A stretch of DNA of 64,000 nt from Oikopleura dioica (taxonomy: Eukaryota > Animalia > Chordata): positions 2,852,001-2,916,000 of the forward strand of contig OU015569.1 in the NCBI GenBank assembly GCA_907165135.1, read 5' to 3'. How positions within the stretch are numbered: the first letter of the stretch is position 1; each line of letters starts with the position of its first letter. Below the pieces are notes generated by a model, which saw only the letters and a list, made by a program, of their open reading frames with translations, did not search any database and was not told the DNA's origin. The translations under genes and the position numbers were made by a program. This document shows, one piece after another, positions 53,801 through 64,000 of this stretch.

Positions 53801-56594
53801 GCCCAAGAAGGTGTTGAAAGATGTGTTGCATGCGGCGTCCAGCTTCGGCAAGTCTTGGACGTGACGAGACCAGGTAGTGGCCACCCATGCTTCTTCTCTC
53901 ATTGTCGCATTCGTAGAGTCTTTTCCTTGATCGAGCTCGCAGGTAAGAAGCGTTGTACTGAGCTGTTCTAATTTTACTCTGCTTTCTGTGATCAAGGGCT
54001 CTAGGCTTGGCTTTAGTGATTCGTCATTTCGCACTTGTTCTTCGAGGTAGTTTACTCGATCGTTTATGCTTCTTATTTCGGTGACGGTTTCTAGCAGTGA
54101 TTTGTTCGCCGCCATAGCTCGAAATATATCGGCAGTAAGGGTTTATGGGCCTTGGATTACCTTTCAGGCCCTCAGAAAATACTGCGACTAAAAGTCGCAA
54201 TATGATGAGCTGAGGTGCCTTTTTGCGCAAACGCCCGACGATTTCTCTGTCCAGCGATTGTCGAAATTTCAAGGTCTGGTCCAAGGGTCGATTCTTCGTA
54301 AACTTCTCTCGATTTTTGGTGAAAAGTGGCGAAAGAATTATGTTTTTCTCAGTATTTTAGGTTTTCCCCGGCGTGCGTGCGTGGTTGCGTGGGCGCGACT
54401 TTCGGCGCGTGGGTCGTGGTGGCGCTCGTGCGGTGGCGCTCGCTCGGGGTGGTGTTGGTGTGGTGCGGAAAATTCTCTGAGTGGAGTTTCTCCGGCGGCG
54501 CGGTGGCGGTTGGTGATTCGGTTCCCCTCGACTCCGCTGACGGCCAATCAGCGTCCAAGTTGCGAAACTTCGGTTGTCGATGGCGGAAAAATTTATCTTT
54601 TCTCCAACGGGACTACTCTGATACCACTGAAGGGATCCTAGCTTCTGCTGAATCTCCCACTTCTAGCGTAGTTTGCCTGCTCTCTATATCTGGACGAAGG
54701 AAGAAAACGAGTAAAGTATCTTTGACGTCTGTATTTCGAGCTGGAGTAAAATAGAGGTTAATTCACGAACTGCGAGAATTACCGAATGAAGAGAAATACA
54801 CGGCGGCGACCGAGCAAAGCTCGATCTAGATAAGCAAGTGACCTTAGGGGACGAGGGAGTCTAACGAATCTAAGATCCCAATAGAACATATGTGATATAT
54901 TCTGAACGACCTGGCAGTCTCTAGACATTTGACCCTGTCCCTGCTCTTATCAGTGTTCCTGTTTTTTCTATTTAAATTGAGGGTTGCTTTTGGAGGAAAT
55001 ATTAACTAAAGAGAGAGCGAGCATTAACTAAAAAATAGATTTCCTCTGGGCTTAGCGGTGTCTGACTGAGTCTTCTCAACTTGATGCTCTTCGCGGTGCA
55101 AGATAGGAATTTTGGACCATAGACGGTCTATCGCGCTAGGCCTCGTTCTCAATTTCTTTTCTCAGATCTCTCTTGTCTGTCTTGCGTCTCAAAGCTGCCG
55201 AATTTGCGGTATGTGAATGTTATTAAGACCTGCTCCTTTTTGGAGTCCTTGGGAACGGGTATCACGGTCTCATGTGCACGATGCATGATTCGATTGACAA
55301 AGCTAAATGCCATCCAACTTTTCTACGATAAAAAAATGAATCGGCATGAGGCCAGCTACAGTTGCTGTTACCAAGAGTTCATCAAGCTTTTGATCAGTTG
55401 TGGGCTTGCCCTGCACATAGACGGGTATCTTGCTCTTTGAGGGCGTTTTGCGAACGACTTTGTGCGCTTTCTTTGACTGACACGCTCGCTTCTTACCTGA
55501 GAGCTTCGAGTTCTCGGGGTTGACCTTTTTGCAGTTAATCTTGGGATCGCTCGTGACAAGGTGGCTCCACCACTCCATTTGGTTCACTTTTTCAATGTTG
55601 ATCGTCAGAGTACCCGTGTTCAGCGTCCAGAAACTTTCTTCTTGCTAAGTAAAACTTTATTCAACAAGATCTTGTCTTTCAGAAACAATACCTTAATTTC
55701 AAATGGAAATTCCGCGTCGATGACTGGCTCTTGATTCTTCAAGGCGACGTAAAGCCGCTTCTTCTGAATCTTGACGTTGACATCGCGCGATTTCAACTTT
55801 GGGAGGCGGAAAGGTACTCTCACTTCAACCTAATAAAACATTTGTTTCTTTAGAAATTGAGATTTTCAACTTTCTACTAAAATGTCAAATGGTCTTATGA
55901 CTTGGCTGAAGACTCACCTCTTGCAAAGTCTGCGTCCACTGGTAGTTTTCCATGTCTGCGCCGTTACCCGCGTTTGGCTTCAACAAATTCTTGTCTTCTT
56001 CGTCTTCCTCTTCGTCGCAGTTCGGCTTCTGTTCCTTGAGCTCTGGGAAGCCCTTCGCGTCTCCGGCGGCCTTCTTCTCCGAGTTTTCTTTCTCGAGCGC
56101 GGCGGCCTGTTCTTCGCTCACTTCGACGATTTTGGGCGCCTTGGCTTCTTCCTCGATCCGTTTTCGTTCCCGCTCTCGTTGTTCCTCCAGCTTTTTCTGT
56201 TGTCGAGCCTTTTCTTTCTTTTTGCTATCTGCCTCTGCGTACGCGATCTTCGCATGGTGCTTTAATCAAAAAACAATCAATTTCACAGGCCCATCTCTAG
56301 CTTTTACCTCGAATCTCTCGTCAACAAGCTCTCTGGCCACCTTCTTCGCTTCCTTCAAATCTTCATCGGATCCGGTGAAAAAGTCGGTCTTGCGGCGCAA
56401 GAACGAGAAAAACACGTCGACAAGGCCACGTACTCCCCCTTCAGTGTACTGAGACAATTTAATGAGTTAGGAAGAACAAAAAAAAACAGACTCTAGTCTA
56501 GGCTATTATTTATCATTCTTGTCAAGTCTTGATTTAGACTAAGACGTACCTGGGCCATGTGAAGGAATTGACCATCGAATCTTTCGTCTGCCAT
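47883..56594 (-). CDS. NUDC: Nuclear distribution protein C; last intron (48047-55496) carries an LTR retrotransposon
   Basis: [79 protein letters not shown]|[31 protein letters not shown]. Confidence 0.95.
48402..48657 (-). repeat. 3' LTR
   Basis: Matches 54628-54883; preceded on the minus strand by short purine tract ATGGGGG. Confidence 0.95.
48964..54115 (-). CDS. Gag-Pol, present as five overlapping ORFs
   Basis: Gag (53183-54115); protease VDSGA; [11 protein letters not shown] and YIDD; RNase H TDAS..E..TDH; integrase HHCC, D,D(35)E and VGP motif; S/T-rich terminal ORF (48964-49479). Each frame change falls at a short base run. Confidence 0.92.
54616..54626 (-). promoter_or_regulatory. 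Primer-binding site TGGTATCAGAG (tRNA-iMet-like)
   Basis: Lies 1 nt inside the 5' LTR end (..CTTCA-G-TGGTATCAGAG on the minus strand). Confidence 0.8.
54628..54883 (-). repeat. 5' LTR
   Basis: Matches 48402-48657; followed by the PBS. Confidence 0.95.
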
Positions 56595-56964
56595 TATGCC
56601 CGACACACAAATCTGAAGAAAAGAACAGGTCATAGATCAATTCTAGCGTAAATTTTAACTGTATCAAAGAATTCATTGAAGTTTAACATCAATAAATTTT
56701 AATAAGCAATCCATGCTTTTATTATCGTAAAGTTATCTGCTATATTGTTATTTTGATAATAATAAAATACTATAATATTATAGTAGTACTTCTATCAAAT
56801 TAATTTAAAATGATAAAATTAAATGTTGAGAATTTTCTCTTTTCATTAGAGTGGGAGTAAAGGGTTGACTTGCTTGACGCGTAGTGACTTGTGGCTTAGA
56901 GCTGAGCTGAGAGGGCGGCCAATAAGCGTTGTGGTCTTCGTTTTTTTTTCTTTTCACTACTGCG

Positions 56965-59900
56965 ATGGCGCTCGGCGGCGGCTCACTCTCTTCTGGGCCG
57001 CGGCGGATCCGTCAGTTCGCGGAGCCGAGAACGAGCAACGACGGGGCGCAAAAGAAGCAGCACGACAACAAAAGAGAGAGAAATTACCACACAACGCACG
57101 GTGATCGATCCAACGTGAAAAAAGCGTCACTCTTAAATCACACACACACTCAGTCAAAGACACAAGCTCGCCAGAGAGACGTATCCACTAACGCTACTCC
57201 TCGCAACTCAAACTGAGGCAGGAGCTGCTACTCTTCACGGGAAGAGACTGCAGGAAGAGCAAGAACAGAAAATAACAACCCTCATCTTTCAAATCAGTCA
57301 AGATCGTCCTGGTCATGATCTAAGACCTCCATGAGTGGCACGCTTCCAAACCAAAAGCAGGTAAAACAACCTTCAACAGTAACTCTAACGGTTTTATGAA
57401 GAGCTACTATAGATTTCATCTTACAGAGGGGTTCTAGGGAACGGAGCTTTTTGTGTTATTTTATTGATCTGGTGTCTGAACTTGATAACCTGTGTTAAAC
57501 CCTGAGTCAGGCTCCTAAAATACCATCAAAATCTGTCTTGAACAATTCTGGGGAAGGCGCTACGCGGCTTCGTTTTGAGAAAAGCCGCTGCGCGGCTTTT
57601 AATTAAAGATTTTTCAACACCCTGACTCGGTACTATTCATATTCGCAATTGGAAACTTCATTTTTCTGACCAAAAAACGGTTTTCAGAAATTAAGAAGTC
57701 GAATTCTGATTGTAGACTCTACAATGTAGAGGGCTTGTGAGCCGCGGAAATGGACTATAATCTGTAAATGATCGTTTAAATTGGTCTGCTGATCGAATGA
57801 GGCTTATAAACACTTGTGACGTGTGCAGCGCCTTCGTGTGCATAGTTGCTCGTTTTTGGCAATGTGAACAGTGCCAGTGAAGGATCTGACAGTATAAATT
57901 GACTTTCGCCTCCTTTGGCAAATTAAGAATGCGCTCTTCAGCTCTTCTCATGTGCCTACTTACATGTGAGAGCTCCTCGCATAAAAACCCACCGCTCCGA
58001 AGCATAAAGAAAAGCATAAAGCACTAAAGTTAGTAAAGTCGCTCTTCTGAAAGCTGGGCTAAGTCGACCATTTATCAGACTAGAACGAACTCGTAACAAA
58101 AGACGCTCCTGACGTCACTCACCTTCGAACAAGTCTAGTACTATTGTGAATTTATACAGAACAAAGCGAAAAAAGCTCCCACTAAGAAGCAGCCATGTCT
58201 TAGGGGCTCTGGAAACATAGATGAGCTGGACTAGGAAACCTGTGTTAAAAACCTGATTCAGGGTCTGAAGAATCATCAATGATCTACACGATTTTTTTAT
58301 AAACGAAATTATCAGTCATGTCTATTTTTCTCATAATTGCTGTTTTTTCGGGTCACAATTCTAGAGCTAGCTTCTGTCACGATACATTTCTTTTGTCTAA
58401 AGATTGTTTTCTTTTCAGAAAATTCAAAATCTGGTGAGACAGAAGACAATCGAGTCGTTCGAGTGCTGCGCTGGTCATCACCAGTCTTTCTTCACCGATC
58501 CCAACGATGGAACGATCCTCAAGAAAAACGAGATCGCCGACGGCAACATCTCCGAAGGCCACATCATGAAGAAGATGCAGAGCCAGACGATTTCGGTGAG
58601 TAGACAGAGAAATCTACAATCTAGCTATCACGGGAAAGACTCACAGAAACTCTGTATTTTACTTTCTGTGTCTATTTGATCAATACTTCATATGCGCTAG
58701 ATAAAATAAAGATAACTTTCCATTGTGGAATTCCAAAAGCGGAAATTCTTGTATTTTCATATTGTAATATTTATTCAAGTGTTTGATTCCCAAGCTAATC
58801 GAGCTCGTGGAGATCGAAAAGGTTGAATTCATCAAAATGGAGAACCTGACTCGTCGCTTCAAAGCACCCGCGATTATGGACGTCAAGCTTGGATCGAGAA
58901 CGTATCTTTTCTACGAGGCCAACAATCGTCAGCGGAATGACCTCTATAAAAGGTGAGAGCCCAGGAAACGAGCCATGGAAACACGGTCGATGCTACTTTA
59001 TATTCATTTACTGTAACTTGGCGCTGTAACTAGAAAACTGGGTCGGCAACCTGTGTAGAAAACCTTAGTCGGGGTTTGAAGATCTGTAATGAAATCTTCG
59101 CGGTCCCTTCGAATCAATTTTCGAATACAGGCTTTTTATTAGAGATCTTCCATACCCTGAGATTTTATACACAGGTGCCGAGCCCCGACTAGGCGAGTCG
59201 GCCTAGTTGTAGAAAAGGCAGCATAACTCGATTGTGGCTTATGTTTCTTTTCTTCGCTTTGCCCTCATGTTTTCTTAATCAGATTTTGACTTACATTGAT
59301 TTACAATTGGGCCTTTTACATAAGCGAATTAAATGTCACACTCTCATTTGACTAAATTGACAAGGATTAAGGCCAATTACTACTGATGATTTTGAATTCG
59401 CGAAAGTATCCGTATAAGTCTTTTCTTTTGTATAAAAAGCGATTTGACACATGTTTAGATGATGAAAATCGACAAAGATGCGCCGACGGATCAGGAGCGT
59501 CAGAATGAAACAATTTCTAAATACAGATATTTAGAATTTAGGGACTCGTCCACTACCTCGAAAAAGGAAGGAACGGGAGTTCAGCACTATATTCATTAGA
59601 ACGACTGTTTTTTATCCACAAGCGATGAGATCCAAAAATTCTAGTGTAACCCCTGTCAAAGCTTACAGAATAGAAGGCTTCAGGCGTTCTTGCGGCGAAA
59701 AATTCGATAAATTTTGCCTCAACAGGTGAGAATTTGGCGATATGAAAATCTCAATTGCAAACGCTGGGAAATTCCGCATATTTGCGCTCTCAGCTATAAG
59801 AATTGGAACTGACTGGTTCGATTTAGGATAGCCGACAAAAAGACTGCCATGAAGTACTTCGAACTGTTCCTGCGCTGTTCCACGATTCCATTAGCTGAGA

Positions 59901-60222
59901 TCTGCACCAAGATCGTGAAGAAACTCACCTACATCAAAACCCGCGCTCAATCTTCTCCCTTCTTTTCCTCACATTTGGTAAGTCCTACGAATGCGGCACT
60001 GGTTTTGACTTTTTGCTCTTTCAGTTTATAGGAACGTCGTTACTGTTCATCCTCGACGAGAATGGCTCATTCGACGTGAAACTGATCGACTTTGCCAAAG
60101 TGCGCGAATTCAACCCGACGAAGGAGGACCCGTTGCCGAATAGCGAGTGGTTCCGCGGTCTGGACAACCTTATACGCGATTTCTCCGAGATTTCTACCCT
60201 CAATGTTCCCACTAACAGCTGA
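56965..60222 (+). CDS. Inositol-trisphosphate 3-kinase (IPK family, ITPK-like), multi-exon; first exon uncertain
   Basis: AGHHQSF..GTILKK, PAIMDVKLGSRTY (PxxxDxKxG), NDLYKKM..DAPTDQE, YRIEG, SPFF..FIGTSLLF, VKLIDFAK, GLDNLI. Confidence 0.9.
57476..57630. mobile_element. Decayed hAT-type MITE copy (further half copy at 58226-58265)
   Basis: CTGAACTTGATAACCTGTGTTAAACCCTGAGTCAGG...CCCTGACTCGG with internal AGCCGCTGCGCGGCT. Confidence 0.6.
59038..59187. mobile_element. Decayed hAT-type MITE copy in an ITPK intron
   Basis: CTGGGTCGGCAACCTGTGTAG...CACAGGTGCCGAGCCCCG. Confidence 0.7.
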
Positions 60223-61106
60223 AAAATACCGCTTTTTCGCTTCTATTCATGATCGACAATGAATACCACATGACTTCGTTTACCTGACTTTTCGCCAAAG
60301 CAAAAGCTTCTTAGAAGCGGAAAGTCAAGTAACTAACTCGCCCTTTTTCTTACCGTTCTCATGTTCGTAAAAAACTTCTACTGTTAAATCAAATATAAAT
60401 TCATTCTATGATGACTCAAATAATAAATATCGTTATTTTCGCATGTTTTCTACAGCTACGTGCGAAAAAGTGCAATCCAAACCAAATTTATTTTCTTGTT
60501 AATTCTGACAATCAATGAAAAGATTCTAAACGGCTATGAAACTTTTTGTTTAGTCTACTGTAAATAAGATCTATTTGGCTTTTCTATGGGTCGCGTAAAT
60601 TTATTTGTTTGCGTTGACCCCCTTTGAAGAATCCCCGGCGATTTTGCGTTCCATCCCTAGCGCCGTCGACCCGTGCATCCACGCCCACGCATCCACCGGA
60701 CAAGCCACTGTCAGTCATACAATTTAACATCATTTTTAAAATCAGAGAGTCTTAATCAGCAGAGAATTGACTACCAGCCAAGTTGAGGCTCAGCTTTCAG
60801 ACTTCCAACGCGAAAAGGGATTAAACCGCTGAACATCGATTTTTGTAAAAAAACCTTCCTTTTTCGAATCGCAATAAAATTTATTAAGAACCTGTAAGGA
60901 AGGCTTCTCAAAAGTCCCTAAGTCACAGATGCAAGAATAGGAAATTTTCCCCATCAACGAAAAGGGATGAAAAATTTTAAAAACATAACCATTCTTCCTC
61001 TTCGTCTTTTCTATTTATTGAGGATTCGAGATCATCAATTGTTTGGATTATCTACATTTGTATTATTTCAGAAATAGACAAATGAACTCGGATTGAATTC
61101 TGCAAG

Positions 61107-64000
61107 ATGGATTTCACACAAGATCTTCAACTGCGAAATGAGGAGCTGCCAGAGGATTACTGGAAACTAAATCGAAAAGAAAACGCCGAGCGCATTTCCA
61201 GCAGAATTCTTAGTTCTTCAAACGAACAATTAAAAGAATGCTGGGACTGGATCGCCGACGAGGGACACAACAACTTCCTCGTCGCTTTAATTTGTAAGTC
61301 GAGAATTTCAAGCTTGGAAAAATGATCCAACTTTCATTTCAGATTGGTCGATGGATGAAGAACATCTTCAATCTGGAAACTTAAGGAGCACCTTCAATAT
61401 GGGCTGGACGGCTCTTTTCTTGAGGGAAGAAAAAGCAGAAAAATGGATTGATGCGATTATGTTTGAGGTGGACGATTTCGGAATCGAGCCCGAGGAAGAG
61501 GTAAGTTACCTATTTAGAATTATTTGTAGCAAATGTATCATAAAAAATGAATAATTTTAAAGTGTGTAAGAAAAATTATAATTTGATTAACCGATACTTG
61601 TAGAACTGGCGAGAACTTGTCAATATCTACACTGAGAAACGAGCGGAGGCAGGATTCACGATGCGATCCGGTCTGCGAATCGCATATGCAGTCTGTGTGG
61701 GATTTCTGCTTCTGACGCTTCCCGGCCAAAAAGCTGGACTGGAAATTAAAGCCATCAAAGATTTATTCGCCGATGCTAGCAAAAAAGAACGACTGGGAAG
61801 AATCCTTAAGGACAAGAGCAGCAAAGCTATCAAAGGCTTCAAGTCACGAGCGAACTGGACTATCAGTCAGTTCCACAGACATCTCAACCTTTCAGCAACG
61901 GAGGACACGCCGCCAGGTCGACCATCGAGAGCATCGTCAGCGAGTTCTGGAAAACAGGGCTACGCGTCTTCAGTCAACAGCGGAGAAGCTCCTGTTAATC
62001 AAGCAACAACTTCCAACCCGGCTTCGTCTCAGACGAACCAACAACCGCCTCCTCAGTCTTCACCGGTGATCAATCTGGTACCCTCGGTTATGGTTCCGAC
62101 TCGTCCGACTGGAACTCAACCTCAGTCTACACAACCTCAGTCAATAGTTCTTAATTCGAATCTTCAGCGACACACAGATGTATCAGAATTCGCACGGCAA
62201 GTACCAACACAAGCAACATTGAATTCACATTCATTCGATCCTTCCATGGCCATAAGGGGAGTCACGCTTTCGGAAAGCCGACAACGAGCGGAAAATCAAC
62301 AACAGAATGTTACACAAAATCATATGCAGCAGGTTTCTCTCGCTCAACTCAACATTTCCCAGCAATGTCTCAACATTCCCAGCAATGTCTCAACATACCC
62401 AGCAATGTCTCAACATGTGCGGCATCCTGCACAATATCAATATCGGCAGCAGACGCCCTACGGACAACAATTCAGTCAGAATCAATTCAGTCAGAATCAA
62501 CATCGCCAGAGTTCATTTCAAAATCCGAACCCGTCAGCGAATCAACAGCGAATACCTGACCTTCCGCCTAGAAATGGCCTAGGTGGACCTTTTATCCAAT
62601 ATTCTAATGAATTGCAACAGTATAATCATTATTCTCCTGGGCTAAACCGTAACCATGTGCGACCTCAAAACCCAACTTCATTCCTACCAAACATCTCAGA
62701 TGCCCCGAATACGCAGGCTCCTCAGTCAGCCGGCAGAGTCCCTCCTCAAATTTCTCCACAATTGGGCTCTTTATCTGGCACTAGAAATCGAGCACCTCCA
62801 CAAAAATCTCCGAGTGGACAAGTTCAGACTCCTGTAGTATCTCAGCAGCGACAAATACGGCCTAATGCACCAACTCAGCAGCATCGACCGCCCAATCAGC
62901 AAGGAATACTTCGGCATCCTCCATCACGGCAGCAGACCCCTGCAACTTCGCCGCCAGTACAACCTCAGCGAAATGGAATTCCTCAACAGGGTCATGGACG
63001 AGTGCGTCAGATTCCTGGGCTTGCAGTGCGCCAAAATGAACCCTCTCTCCAGTCACAACAACCCCAGCGCAATGCATCACTTCAACGGCCTCAGCAGCCT
63101 AGCCAGAGGCTCAACGGACGTCCTCAAAACCAAAGAGCTCAACAGATTATTCCCAATAACAATAATGGCTTGGCAAGGGCCCCCGAGTTCTTCCACTGCC
63201 GAATCTTCCAAATCGCATGCGTGTTAGAGTTGTTCGCCTCCCTTCGAATCTCCCTGAAAATGGTTCTCATTGGAGCGATGAAGTTGCTATTTGGATCATG
63301 CAACACGAAGAGTACCAGCGATTATCACCAGGCTATTTTCTGTGTGTTCAAATTACGCGTCAGCTTCCAGCTGAACTCTATTTAAAATGGCTCGTTGTTC
63401 GCGCTAGAATCATGGAATTTCCCAACTATGGAAGAAACGGGTTTTTTTAAGAACGAAAACTATGATGAAAACGATTTTTATAAATCAGGAGGTGTAGAAA
63501 TAAGAAAATTTGTATAAATAAGCGGTTAAGTTGCAAAATAATTTGATCTGTTAAAAAAACCTGTTAGATGTGATCACGCTCGGTTAACCTTCCAAGCATC
63601 ACAACCGAGCCCGGACTCTGTGCCATATGAAATCGAACGATCAACAAGTAATGAAAACATTCTGGGCGAGGGAACTTGGACCCTACATTGGAGAAAGAAA
63701 GTAAAGAAAATAGCTTCTAGCAAGGAAGCGCTGCCAACTTCGACAAACGAGGATCCACCTGCTGATGATGCGATCGTTAACAACGCTGAGGTTGAGGACG
63801 ATCCTTACAATATGTTCATGCAAAATACCCCGGCGCCGGCTCTTGTAATTTGCACTTCAGTATTAAAATTTTAACTTTCATTTAAGCTACCTGGTGATGA
63901 AGATGTTCCACCTACACCGCAGGCACAACCCTCTTCACCAGCACCCCCATTAGTGCCAGTATCTCCAGGTCCTAAACCTCCTCAGCCTCAGCCAGCATTA
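61107..64000 (+). CDS. Orphan gene with globular N-terminal exons and long Q/P/S low-complexity region; appears to run off the window
   Basis: GT-AG linked exons at 61107-61500, 574-codon ORF 61661-63385, further ORFs to the edge; no domain recognised. Confidence 0.6.
62350..62416 (+). repeat. Coding tandem repeat, 3 x 20-21 nt (CAACATTTCCCAGCAATGTCT)
   Basis: Units of 21, 20 and 20 nt followed by a partial unit. Confidence 0.85.

Larger units (their letters stand above)
48402..54883 (-). mobile_element. Ty3/gypsy LTR retrotransposon, 6482 bp, env-less, young
   Basis: Two 256-bp LTRs with no difference seen, GAAC 4-bp TSD, PBS and short PPT, domain order gag-PR-RT-RH-IN. Confidence 0.97.

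Overview
Compact, intron-rich animal genomic DNA, not prokaryotic. Very short introns, several GA-AG introns, operon-like gene spacing and a high density of small inverted-repeat elements point to the appendicularian tunicate Oikopleura (inference). Recognisable genes, in order: DLG-type MAGUK (SH3-HOOK-GK part), DUF218/YdcF-like protein, equilibrative nucleoside transporter, conventional PKC, bacterial-type NAD-dependent epimerase/dehydratase, secreted Ly6/three-finger-like protein, PLAC8/cornifelin protein, a 153-aa miniature Crumbs-like membrane protein, GLIS2-like zinc finger, REPS1/2-like EH protein, NudC and an inositol-trisphosphate 3-kinase, plus several orphan ORFs. Mobile DNA: a 3.0-kb Mutator-like transposon with ~451-bp structured TIRs; a 6.48-kb Ty3/gypsy LTR retrotransposon with identical LTRs in the last NudC intron; a hAT-type MITE family (8 copies or fragments); and several fold-back elements, one nested inside the epimerase intron. 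Most apparent frameshifts fall in homopolymer runs and look like assembly indels. Best leads: the mini-Crumbs gene, two intron-containing bacterial-type genes (HGT candidates) and the architecture of the young transposons. All calls are by-eye motif recognition; no database searches were run.
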